DNA of 64,000 nucleotides from Octopus vulgaris (taxonomy: Eukaryota): the NCBI GenBank assembly GCA_951406725.2, contig OX597839.1:9920001-9984000 (forward strand), read 5' to 3'. The notes beneath the pieces are model-generated. The model was given only the letters and a program-made list of their open reading frames with translations, was not told the DNA's origin and did not search any database. The position numbers were made by a program, and so were the translations under genes. Positions 23,077 to 36,689 of the stretch are shown here, piece after piece; position 1 is the first letter of the stretch, and the number at the start of each line of letters is the position of its first letter.

Positions 23077-24414
23077 GTACATTGTCTCTTCTATTTCTTA
23101 CTGTTTTTTCTCATTTAGATAAAATAACCAGCAGTTTTTGAGGGGAGGGGTTCAGTTATTTCACTGTTTTTATTGGCAAGCTGGCAGAGTTGTTACAATG
23201 CTGCACAAAATGCTTCGCAGCATTTTGTCCATCTTTATGTTCTGAGTTCAAATTCCACTGAGGTTGATTTTGCCTTTCATCCTTTCGGGGTCAATGAAAT
23301 AAGTATCAGTTGAGCACTGGGGTTGATGTAATCGACTTACCCCATACCCCCAAACTGCTGGCTTTGTACCAAAATTTGAAACCATTATTATTTTATTGTC
23401 ATTATTATTATTATTACTATTATTATTGGGTGAGAGAGCAGTGCATGCCATCAAAGTGACACAGGGGTACAAATATACAAAGCCCAGTATACACATCTTG
23501 ACAACCTGTTTGATAAGGGTACACTAGGCACATGCATCACAACCATATGCGTGTGACATGGTGATCTCATATCAAGATAAACAGCACATGACCTTGCAGG
23601 TGGGGCCCAGTTAGAATTTTCTTCAGGCTGAATAGCCCATCTCATTCAAAAGGTTCCTGAATAAGGGTTGTTTAAGGATGTTGAATGAAACACCCATGTT
23701 TCCAAAGGTGAATTATCCAAACCCCAAAGAATTTCTCTCAACACATGGTTATGATGCTCCCCCACTACTTCTGCTCGTGATCAGAGATGCACATATTGTC
23801 AGCCACTAAGGGACATGGTCAACTGGTTAAGTCAAACAACTGACAAGCAAATCCATGGTACTGAGCAGAATATTTGCTGTAGCCCATCTTTTATACCAAG
23901 ACAAAACAATGTACATGATGACACTTCCAATCAGTTAAGATCAGAAGCCATGAAAGCCACTGCATTATTATCATTATTATTATTACTACTACTACTACTA
24001 CTACTGCCGCTGCCACCACCGCCACCATCACCACTGCTGCCACCACCACCACTACTTAACTCTCAGCTTATTTGCTGGGTATGATGGAAAGTGTCAGCTG
24101 ACCCAGCCAGCAGACTAAAGACCTCACTTGTGCCTCATCCTTGCCATACCAATAAAAGAGACCGATAAAATAAGTACTAGGCTTACAAAGAATAAGTCCT
24201 GGGGTCGATTTGCTCGACTAAAGGTGGTGCTCCAGCATGGCTGCAGTCAAATGACTGAAACAAGTAAAAGAGTAAAAGAGTAGGTGCATGTTTGAGATAG
24301 CATTGTCCTTTTAGTACCATCAACGAGAATCAGACAGAAGGAGGAAGTGAGACAGACAGACAGAGCAAGGCAGAGAGACAGAAAGATTCATTATTGTTGC
24401 TTATTGTGTTTCAG

Positions 24415-24574
24415 AATGACTGTGCTGGCAGAGCAGGCTTTGAAGAATTCCAAGAGCGACCAACTGTAGTGGACATCCAAAGACAACTATGTGGCAAGAT
24501 GTACAACGAAGCAAAACAACTAGCCATACATGGCTACGTGGACCTCTCCTTCCAGGATCTCTTTGCTGAACACA
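24415..24574 (+). CDS. C16orf89-like, exon 4
   Basis: tttcag|AAT GAC TGT ... LCGKMYNEA...QDLFAEH; A|gtgagt (phase 0 to 1). Confidence 0.92.
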
Positions 24575-25911
24575 GTGAGTCACTTCATATTGTTGTTGTT
24601 TTTGTTTTACTCCAAGTCAGTCTTTCACTCGCAAGAACGCTGTCTTTGCTTTAGGAATATTCTTCTACTTGTTTCAGTCTTTGAACTGCCACCATGGTAG
24701 GGCACCACCTTGAAGAGTTTATTTGAACAAACTGACCCAGTTTAGTACTTTATTTGATTGTTCATTGTTGCCAAACCCCTAAGTTACAAGTACATAAACA
24801 AATGTGATGCTGGTTGTCAAGCAGTGTGGAGACAAACGCAAAGTACACACATCATCGTCGTCGGCGTTTAACGTCCGCTTTCCATGCTAGCATGGGTTGG
24901 ACGGTTTGACTGTGGGCTGGCGAACCAGATGGCTGCACCAGGCTTCAATCTTGATCTGGCAGAGTTTCTACAGCTGGATGCCATTCCTAACGCCAACCAC
25001 TCCGAGAGTGTAGTGGGTGCTTTTACGTGCCACCGGCACGGGGACCAGTCAGGCGGTACTGGCAACGACCTCGCTCGAATTTTTACACATATATATACAT
25101 CAATTACGTCTGTTAAAGATTTTATTATATTTACAGTCCTTTGAATGTTTCATGGAATTAATAGTAAACCTGCAGGGTTATTCCTGTAAACTTTATCCAA
25201 AAAACCTGAAATCGTAGCCTGTGTTATATCTGTATCAAAAGATAGTTACTTGTCTGCTATTCATAAAAAAATGGAAATTGTATTAAATGATTACTTAATG
25301 CACTTTATATATATATATATTGGGTCGTCCGGAAAGTTCGTGCCGATTTATAGTAGCTTACATTTCGACTTATTTTAGAACATGGTTGAGTTCATAAAAT
25401 AGGATCTTGGCTTCATCTCTATTTAGAGCACAGTTTTGGTGGAAGAAGGTTTATGTTGTCCATAGTGGAATTGACCAAAGTCCAGCCTTCCCTATAATTG
25501 GTCAATTAAATTTAAAACAAGGGCAGGCTTAGACCGTTATAGGGGTAGATATGAATAAGGAAATAAATAAAAGTGTGGGGGAAGTGGCCGCTTGTGTCAT
25601 TATAAACCATCCTAACATGAAAACAAACACCATACGACAGTAACTAACAGTTAAAGGGAGACTACTGTTAGGGGATGTAGTTGCTAGGGCATTTACCTAC
25701 AAATTATAATACTAGATCTATCTCCTTAAGTAGCCACCACAGTCTCAGGTGGTGGTTATACTAGACAACCAGTAATTGTCGAAACACTCCTGAGTACATT
25801 CTACCTAGTAGACATATGAAATATTAAAAAAAAAAAATGAAGTAGTCCCTAGAAGCACTCTTAAAGCAATTAACTTAAAAGCCAAGAATATTATGTTTCA
25901 GTATAATATAG

Positions 25912-26328
25912 GAATCTTTTCGGTTTGAACGGCAGTTTTTAACATAATTTCTAGGTAACTAAAAAATTTTAAACTTCATATACTGGTAGAATGTGTTTAT
26001 AAAACATCTTTTTCTCTTGGCTTTAGTGAGACAAATTCTATGGTTTGTAAGATATTTGTTGTTTTTTTTCTTCAATTTCTGCAGTTTCAACCAATAAATG
26101 ACGTCTATTAAGGTGAAAACATTCTGTGCCATATGAATATGTCCCTCATTTAAGAAACAGATTGGGTTTATTTACATTTGTGAAGAAAAAAAGATACCCT
26201 TCCTCCCACCCCTAACCCTAACCCTAAAACAGATTGAAATGCAATACATTGATACTAGGGTCATAATTATGGGTGACAATTTCATATGACACTGCTAGAA
26301 AAAACTGCCGGTCAAACCAAAAAGATCC
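25912..26328. mobile_element. Merlin-type MITE family D
   Basis: Same TIRs and body as other family D copies. Confidence 0.85.
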
Positions 26329-26396
26329 GCATAGACTGTTTTACCAATATCTGCTATCTGTGTATATAAATATATGTAAAATATCTCTTTTCATAG

Positions 26397-26526
26397 ACTT
26401 TCTCTGTGCTCCTCTTGGCTTCCAGAACTTTCTACATGCTGATTGGATAAAAATGGTTATTACATGGCAGAGTCCCATTGGTTGCTTTGCTGAGACAACG
26501 GTTGATAATACTCTTTACAGCACACG
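26397..26526 (+). CDS. C16orf89-like, exon 5
   Basis: tttcatag|AC TTT; LCAPLGFQNFLHADWIKMVITWQSPIGCF (family WQxxxGCF motif); CG|gtataa (phase 1 to 2). Confidence 0.9.
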
Positions 26527-26544
26527 GTATAAATCTTTGTTAAT

Positions 26545-26961
26545 TATTTCTTTATTGCCCACAAGGGGCTAAACATAGAGGGGATAAACAAGGACAGATA
26601 AAGAGATTAAGTAGATTATATCGACCCCAGTGCATAACTGGTACTTAATTTATCGACCCGGAAAGGATGAAAGGCAAAGTTGACCTTGGCGGAATTTGAA
26701 CTCAGAACGTAGCGGCAGACGAAATACCTATTTCTTTATTACTCACAAGGGGCTAAACACAGAGGGGACAAACAAGGACAGACACACGGATCAAGCCGAT
26801 TACATCAACCCCAGTGAGTAACTGGTACTTATTTAATCGACCCCAAAAGGATGAAAAGCAAAGTCGACCTCGGCGGAATTTGAACTCAGAACGTAGCGGC
26901 AGACGAAATACCGCTAAGCATTCCGCCCGGCATGCTAACGATTCTGCCAGCTTGCCACCTT
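26545..26961 (-). repeat. SINE family A dimer
   Basis: Junction at 26728/9. Confidence 0.85.
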
Positions 26962-27802
26962 AAATCTTTGTTACTAATACTAGTCTCCACTTGTTCTTCA
27001 ATCACACACACACGAATATTTTCTCTCAATTAAAGAAATTCTGCTGTATTTCCAGTAAGGAACTCTGTCATTACTGTTCACTGTGATAAATTAAACTAGT
27101 TGTTCTCAGCCATATTTTATCGCTTTTACTCTTTTACTTGTTTCAGTCATGTGACTGTAGCCATGCTGGAGACCGCTTTTAGTTGAGCAAATCGACCCCA
27201 GGACTTATTCTTTGTAAGCTTAGTACTTATTTTATCGGTTTCTTTTGCCGAACCGCTAAGTTACGGGGACGTAAACACACCAGCATTGGTTGTCAAGCAA
27301 TGCTAGGGGGACAAACACGGACACACAAACATACACGCACGCATATATACGATGGGCTTCTTTCAGTTTCTGTCAACCAAATCCACTCACAAGGCTTTGG
27401 TCGGCCCGAGGCTATAGTAGAAGACAAGGTGCCACATAGTGGGACTGAACCCGGAACCATGTGGTTGGTAAGCAAGCTACTTACCACAGCCACTCCTACG
27501 CCTATCTATGGAAACCTTTCATTCCTATTTCACTCTGATGAACCTCCCAGCCATTCAGTGTTTAGGATAGGAAAGCCTTCTTTTTTCTGTTGTGGGCTTA
27601 TATGCCCCTTTATTAGACTATATGCCCCTTAGTCATTGCACGGTGATCGCCATAAGCTTTAAGCTTATATAAAAATACCATTATTATTATTTACAGTATT
27701 GTAAACTCAACGCCATATAAAAAGACCATTCACACTGTAATATATATATATATATATACACACATACATATATACATATATGCTTACAATATCTATTTTC
27801 AG

Positions 27803-27849
27803 TTCATCGCCCACAATGCGGAAGTTAATGCGGGAAGAATTGATGCCAA
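27803..27849 (+). CDS. C16orf89-like, exon 6 (47 nt)
   Basis: ttttcag|T TCA TCG; SSPTMRKLMREELMP; A|gtaagt (phase 2 to 1). Confidence 0.88.
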
Positions 27850-28216
27850 GTAAGTGGTCTTCCTCTTGAAATATATAAGTCAAGCATAAAGGCATCCACA
27901 CACACATATACACAAATATATGCATGGGTGGAAATGATGGTCTCCATGCAAAAATACTTTACCGATTAATCACTGATGCCAAGTTCAGTAGACTGTCTCC
28001 GAGCAGAGTGATTTGGACTATGTATCAAGGCTTGTTTGTGTGTTCTACATTTTCTGAGGTCCATACCACTTGTGGCACCCCCACTAGTCTCCTATTCATT
28101 AGTGTACCCTCATGTATAAAGTGCATTCACCCAATGTAAGATTGTGTTACGGGTGGGAACAGCCTGATTTTGGTGAATATTGAAGTGGCACCAAAACTGA
28201 CACCTCATTTTAGCAG

Positions 28217-29013
28217 ATATATTTACTAAAATTTCATAAAAATATCTTGAAATACTAAAGAGTAAATTCATTCAATAAAATCACCATTGGCTTCAACCAC
28301 AACCTCCAGATGACTTCGGAATCTCCTGCAACTCTTTTGGACGGTCTCCTTGTTTAAGTTGGTGAATGCTGCCATGATCCTTGCCTCCATTCCATCTTTG
28401 GTGTTACAAAGAGTTTTGTTGGTCTCTCACTCAATTGCACCCCACACATAATAATCAACAGGGGCTGCAATATGGTGAGTTAGATGCCCAGATGTTAGGA
28501 GTGACGTGATCGTAGAAATTGTCTGTCAGTCATGACTGGGTTCTCCTGCTTGTGTGGCATGGTGCAGAGTCCTGTTGCCAGACATAGGGTCTTCCAGCAG
28601 CCAACTTCTTCATCCAGGGCAGCGCTACCTCCTCCAGGTACTTGATGTAGGCCTCCATGTTGAGTCTGAGGCTGTGTGGGAAAATGAATGGAGGCATAAA
28701 GTCACCATCACTAGTGATCACTCCAAACACCATAATGTTGACTGGGTGTTTGATTTTTATCACTCTTGGTACATGTCCTCAGATTGACACCCAAACACTC
28801 TGAAATGTTCGTATTGGAGCTTCCGGCACGAATGCCAAGCAGTACAGCATGTCATTTCCAAATTTCTGGCAAATTGAATTGCATCATGGTGCTGTTTTAC
28901 TCACTGGCTGTGCCCAACTGACCCTACTATACTGTGCAGTCGACAAAATCAAAAACAATGCACATGCGTGAAATTATAAATATAAAATGACACCAATTTA
29001 CCCATTGCTCTCT
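28217..29013 (-). mobile_element. Internally deleted Tc1/mariner-superfamily (maT-like) element
   Basis: KHPVNIMVFGVITSDG..PPFIF...YVWQQDSAPCHTS and a degenerate W..NSP..P.DYYVWG motif. Confidence 0.85.
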
Positions 29014-29133
29014 GTATATATATGTATATGTATGAATATATATATATGTCCAACCCATGCCAGTATGGAAAATATACTTTAAATGACAATGATAATGATA
29101 TCCTCATCTTTAATTAGTTATCAATTATTTCAG

Positions 29134-29225
29134 ATGGCTGTCTCTCCCACAAGTCTGGTCTCTGTTATGGAGTACTAACCACTTATTTAAATGGAATTTT
29201 GCGAAGGCAACTTTACCACAGTTAA
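29134..29225 (+). CDS. C16orf89-like, last exon
   Basis: atttcag|AT GGC TGT; NGCLSHKSGLCYGVL...HS* (family GCxxH motif); AATAAA near 29427; total CDS 1134 nt. Confidence 0.92.
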
Positions 29226-30149
29226 GAGTTCCTGCCAGTGACCCATCAGTGTTGATGCCATTCTAGTGTATTAACCATTTATTTATAAATGGACTTCTGC
29301 AGAGAAGTAAGTGTTCCACAGTTTACCGAATTCCTAACTGTGGCAAGCAAGTCTGGACACTGTTTCACACTCCAGTATTGGGATTAACACCAACTAAAAT
29401 ACCATATCTTTCTGTTGTCAATATGAAATAAACAAACAAATAATAATAATAATAATAATCCTTTCTTCTATAGGCACAAGGCCTGAAATTTGAGGGGGGG
29501 GATAGTAAATTACATCGACCCCAGTATACAACTGGTACTTATTTTATCGACCTTGAAAAGTAAAGCCGACCTCAGCAGAATTTTAACTCAAAATGTAAAG
29601 ATGGATAGGCGCAGGAGTGGCTGTGTGGTAAGTAGCTTGCTTACCAACCACATGGTTCCGGGTTCAGTCCCACTGCGTGGTATCTTGGGCAAGTGTCTTC
29701 TGCTATAGCCCTGGGCCGACCAATGCCTTGTGAATGGATTTGGTAGACGGAAACTGAAAGAAGCCTGTCGTATATATGTATATATATATGTGTGTGTGTG
29801 TGTTTGTGTTTATCCCACTGGCATTGCTTAACAACTGATGCTGGTGTGTTTACGTCCCTGTCACTTAGTGGTTCGGCAAAAGAGACCAATAGAATAAGTA
29901 CTGGGCTTACAAAGAATAAGTCCTGGGGTCGATTTGCGCGACTAAAAGGCGGTGCTCCAGCATGGCCACAGTCAAATGTCTGAAACAAGTAAAAGAGAAA
30001 GAGAGTATGGATGAAATGCCACTAAGCTTTTTTATCTAGCATGCTAACAATTATACCAGTTCATCATCTTAATAATAATAATAATTCTTTCCACCGAAAG
30101 CACAAGGCCTAAAATTTGGAGGAGGGGATAGTTGATTTCATCAACCCCA

Positions 30150-30652
30150 GTATTTCACTAGTACTTAATTTATCGATCCTGAAAGGATGAAAGGCCAAGT
30201 CGACCATGGCAGAATTTGAACTCAGACGAAATACCTATTTCTTTATTGCCCACAAGGGGCTAAACATAGAGGGGACAAACAAGGACAGACATAGGTATTA
30301 TGTTGATTACATCGACCCCAGTGCGTAACTGGTACTTAATTTATCAACTCCGAAAGGATGAAAAGCAAAGTCGACCTCGGCGGAATTTGAACTCAGAACG
30401 TAACAACAGACGAAATATCTATTTCTTTATTACCCACAAGGGGCTAAACATAGAGTGGACAAACAAGGACAGACAAACGGATGAAGTCGATTACATCGAC
30501 CCCAGTGCGTAACTTGTACTTAATTTATCGACCCCGAAAGGATGAAAGGCAAAGTTGACCTCGGCGGAATTTGAACTCAGAACGTAACGGCAGACGAAAT
30601 ACCGCTAAGCATTTCACCCAGCATGCTAACGATTCTGCCAGCTCTCCCACCT
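30150..30652 (-). repeat. SINE family A tandem array
   Basis: Junctions at 30235/6 and 30419/20. Confidence 0.85.
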
Positions 30653-30914
30653 TAATAATAATATTGACATCAATGTGGTTGTTTGCTTTTCCTCTCCTAT
30701 CACTATTTTGTTTCCTAGCCCTTTTGATACTAACTTACCTGAGAGGTAATATTAATCCACACTTCAATGTGGATATTCTGTTAGAACAAAACTATACGAG
30801 AGAAACTCTTATTTTGGCTTCAGGTGCAAAACGCAGTCTTATATATCAGGTTGGTGCAAAAATAATGTCCAATTCAAAGATCTAAGGTAAAAATGAATAA
30901 GCCAATGACTATGG

Positions 30915-30945
<31 letters not shown>

Positions 30946-31604
30946 TTAGCGTCCGCCCTCCATGCTAGCATGGGTTGGACGGTTCAACTGGGGTCTGGGA
31001 AGCCAGAAGGCTGCACCAGGCCCAGTCTGATCTGGCAATGTTTCTACAGCTGGATGCCCTTCCTAACGCCAACCACTCCGTGAGTGTAGTGGGTGCTTTT
31101 TACGTGCCACCGGCACAGGTGCCAGACGGGGCTGGCAAACGGCCATGGTCGGATGGTGCTTTTTAAGTGCCATCGGCACGGGGGCCGGCGAGGCTGGCAA
31201 CAGCCACGATCGGATGGTGCTTTTTACATGCCACCGTCACGATTTATTCATTAACCCTTTCGATACCAACCTGGCTGAAACCGCCTCTGACTCTGTAGTA
31301 CTGTGAGCACTTGTCTTCTACAATTGCCCCAGACTGACCTTGTAAGGGGATTATTTGGGAGATGGAAACTGAAAGAAATCCATCGTGTGTGTGCATGTGT
31401 GTTTGTTTCCTCTTGTCTTGTCATCATATAATGGCTGTAATTGAGAATCACTATCATACAGGTGTTGTTGCGCATTGCTAGTCTTTCATGAAAATATGCC
31501 TAGCCAAAAGGGTTGATGACAGAAAGGGCTTCCAGCTGTAGAAAATTCACCGCAAGGATTTCCACTGGACCCATGCAAGCATGGGAAAAGTGAATGATGA
31601 AACA

Positions 31605-31636
<32 letters not shown>

Positions 31637-31767
31637 AGTTGTAAAGTGTTCTTTTTTATTATTTTTATTATCAAATTATCATCTTCAGAACTGTACATCA
31701 TTTATCATTTCATTCACCTCTTACAGTTTTTGTCCGAAATTGTATTTAAAAAAAAAAAATGTAATTT

Positions 31768-31892
31768 CTATAGCTGGTCCTGCACAAAGAATGCCAAATG
31801 CTCACACAGTTTCACCTCATTTTCATCTTTTTGAAAGTCGTATTTTATAATAAAAATGGTTTCTTTTTTGGTTGTTGGGGTGCTGGTACATT
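31768..31892 (-). CDS. Unknown gene, last exon (phase-0 stop at 31845; phase-1 stop at 31768)
   Basis: tgttatttcag|AATGTACC; reads NVPAPQQPKKKPFLL* or ECTSTPTTKKETIFIIKYDFQKDENEVKLCEHLAFFVQDQL*. Confidence 0.65.
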
Positions 31893-32407
31893 CTGAAATA
31901 ACACAAGAAACTCTTTTATGTAAAATCAAGAAATCATTTTAAAATATCAGTTTTAAAACTTTAAAATATTAATTTTCATTTTATAGGCACAGGAGTGGCT
32001 GTGTGGTAAGAAGTTTACTTCCCAATCATATGGTTCTGGGATCATTCCCACTATGTGGCACCTTGAGCAAATGTCTTGTACTATAGCTTCAGGCCAACCA
32101 AAGCCTTGTGAGTGGATTTGGGAGAAGAAAACTGAAAGTAGCCTAACATATATATAAATATGTGTGTGTGTGTGTGTGTGTTTGTATGTGTCTGTATTTG
32201 TCCCTCCATCACTGTTTGACAACTGATATTAGTTAGCATAACTTAGCAATTCTGCAAAAGAGTCCGATAGAATAAGTACCAAGCTTTAAAAAATAAATAT
32301 AAGTACTGGGATTGATTCATTCAACTAAAATTCTTCAAAGCAATGCCCCAGCATGGCTGCAGTCTAATGACTGAAACAAGTAAAAGAAGATTAAATCTTA
32401 GCCTTAA

Positions 32408-32750
32408 CTAGCACAATGACCCGGCGTTGCCGGGTCATAGTGCTAGTGCATACATATACAGCTGCGTGCGTGTGCACATACATGCGAGTACTGTCCAAAT
32501 CTCCGACCAATCACTTGGCGTATCAAGTTTTGGGCATTTTGATTGGGTTTTGGATAGAAAATTCACAAAAAAGTCACTTCTATTGATATTTTAATGGCTT
32601 TGTGGGGTGACTGGGGAAATGTAAAGATGTGCACGACCACCCTTGGACGGTTTTGAATGACCATTGAAAGTGCGAGCCCTCTAACTAAATAATTGTGGAT
32701 TTGTATAAAGGACACACACACAGACATTTTGCCGTTTATATATATAGAGA
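32408..32750 (-). mobile_element. Non-autonomous Helitron
   Basis: 5'-TC...CTAG-3' between A and T; subterminal hairpin CCCGGC-AAC-GCCGGG; second copy at 58508-58872. Confidence 0.85.
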
Positions 32751-33548
32751 TGAACAAGCAGATTACTTTACAGATGGAATTGGATGGTAACAGACAGTCA
32801 TTGGAATCCATGAAAGCAGTGAAAAAAAAATTCAGTAGGATGTAAGGGCCTATGCCAGGAACATAACCAGCCTGCTTATGTGTAGCTTTTCTTTCTTTGG
32901 TCACTAAAATTTGCTTGCAAAGACCTGTTGAGGCAAGTGAAATCAAAATCAAAATCATTTCGATGACTGGCATCTGTGCTAGTGGCGTGCAAAGAGCACC
33001 TTACGAGTGTGATCGTTGACAGAGCGGCTATTCGAGTATGATCGTTTCCAACGTCACCTTACTGGCACTTATGCTTGTGCTAGTAGGGAGCCAAGAACAC
33101 CATCCGAGCATGATCGTTGCCAGAGCAGCCAACTGGCTTCCGTACCCATGGCATGTAAAAGGGCACCATTCGAGCATGATCGTTACCAACGTCGCTTCAC
33201 TGGCACCTGTGCTAGTGGCACATGTAAAAAGATTCAAGCGAGGTCATTGCCAGCCTGACTGGCCCCCATGCAGGTGGCACGTAAAAAGCACCCACTACAC
33301 TCTCAGAGTGGTTGGCGTTAGGAAGGGCATCCAGCTGTAGAACCTCTGCCAGATCAAGACTGGAGCTTGGTGCAGCTATCTGGTTGCCAGTCCTCAGTCA
33401 AAATCGTCCAACCCATGCTAGCATGGAAAGCGGACATTAAACGATGATGATGATGATGATGTAAGCAATGTGAGAGATGAGAAGGGTGAAAGGTCAATGT
33501 GTTTAATATAAATCAAATAATAACCTTTTTAGTGGGAAATAGTGATAC

Positions 33549-33892
33549 CTTTCCCTTCCTAGTTGCCTTCAGCACTTGATTCAGGTCAAACAAGCTGTTA
33601 TCCTTCTTATTATTATTATTAAAACAAACTGGTTTAGATTTGCTGACAGCCGGTGGTGGAGGAAGGACATTGCGGTATATCCTTTCTGTTTTATTGGAAT
33701 CGTTGAGATAAAAGTCCTGACCGTTAATCCACCAAGACAGGCCCCCATTTCTTTGGATGTTTTTATTATAACTCAGATCTTGTTTGTCAGTCTGGCTGGC
33801 CTTGCCACATGGAGGTTTTATTGATACTGATGACTTCTCTGTGTTCCTGCTTGTGTTCTTATTTTGTTTGATTCCATTCGTAGAACATTCCC
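33549..33892 (-). CDS. Unknown gene, exon (344 nt)
   Basis: ttcttttttag|GG GAA TGT; 114 open codons GECSTNG...LSWWINGQDFYLND...VLPPPP...TRKGK; AAG|gtatca (phase 1 to 0); absent from the ORF track because it has no early start codon. Confidence 0.8.
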
Positions 33893-34995
33893 CTAAAAAA
33901 GAAAACGAAAGGTTCGGATTAAATTTCAGTCATTTTGATTGGGTCAAACCCTTTGGATGGTTATATCACAGCAGGTCAAGACACACAAGGCGGCGAGCTG
34001 GCAGAATCGTTAGCACGCCGCGCAAAATGCTTTGTGGTATTTCGTACGCCGCTGCGTTCTGAGTTCAAATTCCGCTGACGTCGACTTTACCTTTCATCAT
34101 GGTGAAGGAACCTGGTAATCATATATGAGCACAAGTAAATAACCAAACACAAATACCAGCAACTGTTGAAGACAGAAACAATAAGCCAAGATTGTAAAGG
34201 CGGTGAGCTGGCAAAAATGTTAGCACGCCGGGCGAAATGTGTAGCCATATTTCGTCTGCCGTTACGTTCTGAGTTCAAATTCCGCTGAGGTTGACTTTAC
34301 CTTTCATTCTTTCGGGATCAATAAATTAAGTACCAGTGACGCACTGGGGTTGATGTAATCGACTTAATCCATTTGTCTGTACTTGTTTGTCACCTCTATG
34401 TTTAGCCCCTTGTGGGTAATAAAGAAATAGGTTAAGACACTCACTTTGCAACCATGTAGTTATGGGTGCAACACCTTGGGCAAGAGTCTTCTACTATAGC
34501 CCAAGGATAGCTGTGAATTTAGCAGATGGAAACTGTGTGGAAGCCTATCATATATATGTATGTATGTGTGTTTCTTTGTGCTTGTGGTTGTCTGCTCCAT
34601 CACATGACAACCAGTGTTGGTTTGTTAAAATCCCAGTAACATAGCAGTTCAGCAAAAGGGACTGATAGAATAAGTGCTAGACTTAAAAAGTAAGTACTGG
34701 GGATCAGGCCTTAGGCAAGTACCTTCTACTACAGCCTCAGGCCAACCAAAAGCTTTGTGAGTGGATTTAATGGACAGGAAACTGTAAGAAGCCCATCATA
34801 TATCTGTCTGTAGGGCTGGCACTAGGAAGTGTAGGACCCAATTAGGGAATTGTCGAGGGCTTGAGTCGCCACCTTTAGCCACAATAATATACTAGAAATT
34901 CATCACAGTTCCTCCACTCGAGCATGTGCACAGGACCCTCGCTTGGCGTGGAGCCCAATTTGAACAAATCTGGTTAATTGGCTTAAAACTGGTCC

Positions 34996-35026
<31 letters not shown>

Positions 35027-35631
35027 GTATGTGCGTGCACACGCATATGTGTGTATGAGTGAGTGAGTTCTTGTATCTGTCTGGGCATCATTTGATAGTT
35101 ACAAACAATGCATACCTTTTCTTCTTGGGACACAAAACTCTACTTGTGAAGACGTGTTGAGGCAAGTTAAAATCAAAATCAAAATCAAAATCGATCAACA
35201 TCAATGGAAATCGTAGCTGTGATATCAGTGCCGGCGGCACATAAGAGAACCATCCAAACGTGGCCGTTGCCAGCGCCGCGCCGACTGGCTTCCGTGCAGG
35301 TGGCACACAAAAAGCACCATCCGATCGTGGCCATTTGCCAGCCTCGTCTGGCACCTGTGCCGGTGGCACATAAAAAGCACCCACTAGACTCATGGAGTGG
35401 TTGGCATTAGGAAGGGCATCCAGCCGTAGAAACATTGCCAGATCAGACTGGGCCTGGTGCAGCCTTCTGGCTTCCCAGACCCCAGTTGAACCGTCCAACC
35501 CATGCCAGCATGGAAAGCGGATGCTAAATGATGATGATGAAACAAGCATACCCTGTCATATAAGAGATCAATATCTATGGTTCCAAAACAAGGCATCATA
35601 ATTTCTGAGTGAGTGTAACTGTGGTCTTTAC

Positions 35632-35842
35632 CTTTGTTTAATACTGGAACAACATCTGATGGTAAGTAGCAGTAGAGCACAGGAGGCCCAGAGTCAGAGC
35701 TGGCATCAGAGGAAGCAGCTGCATTGCTTTTGTGTGTAGTTTGTTTGGAGTTCATTACTTCACATGCTGATACCTGTTGCAATAATTCACGTACAAGACA
35801 GCCTATTTTCTTTCCTTCATTGGCTTTCACAGGGACTCCTAA
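35632..35842 (-). CDS. Unknown gene, exon (211 nt)
   Basis: tttctatag|TTA GGA GTC; LGVPVKANEGKKIGCLVRELLQQV...PPVLYCYLPSDVVPVLNK; AAG|gtaaag (phase 0 to 1). Confidence 0.8.
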
Positions 35843-35978
35843 CTATAGAAAGTATTCATTTTTAGGGTTCATGTTGGAAATGTACAACAAAAACCATATG
35901 GTCTCAATTAGATAAAATTTATATTCATTACTACTAAAGAATATAATCATTCTTAAAAAAATCCTGTTAGCAAATATT

Positions 35979-36387
35979 GGATCTTTTCGGTTTGAACGGC
36001 AGTTTTTTCTAGCGGTGTCATGAAATTGTCACCCATAATTATGACCCTAGTATCGATCTATTGTATTTCAATCTATTTTAGGGTTAGTGGTGGGGGAAGG
36101 GTATCTTTTTTTCTTCACAAATGTAAATAAATCCAATCTGTTTCTTAAACAAGGGACATATTCATACGGCACAGAATGTTGTTCACCTCAATAGACGGTT
36201 ATTGATTGGTTGAAATTGACGAAATGCAAGAAATTAAAGACCAAATATCTTACAAACTATAGAATTTTCTCAATAAAGCCAAGAGAAAAAGATGTTTTAT
36301 AAACACATTCTACCAGTATACGAAGTTTAAAATTTTTTAGTTACCTAGAAATTGTGTTAAAAACTGCCATTCAAACCGAAAAGATCC
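35979..36387. mobile_element. Merlin-type MITE family D
   Basis: Perfect 8-bp TSD caaatatt; GG...CC termini. Confidence 0.92.
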
Positions 36388-36689
36388 CAAATATTCGCCA
36401 TGGATTTAATCAATCCATTTGATATCAACTTGACTGTGAACACCCCTGGTTCTATGATTCCCAACTCTTCAACATTTAAACCAGTCATACTCAGCCAAAA
36501 TATTCAACCTATTTTATATTCAAACCAGTCAGATCCAGACTCTCACACCTATCGTTACAATGTCATCATAGAAACAAGAAATCACATCACTGAAATCTCA
36601 AAGTTACGAAATAATGCATGATTAAATTCAAAACAATGTGTTAGATTTGACAGAGTAATCCGAATGCTGAAGGGTTAAACCAACAATAT

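Noticed and set aside
22454-23141. 216-aa and overlapping ORFs
   Set aside because: (CAT)n intron; the real exon 22962-23076 is in a different frame.
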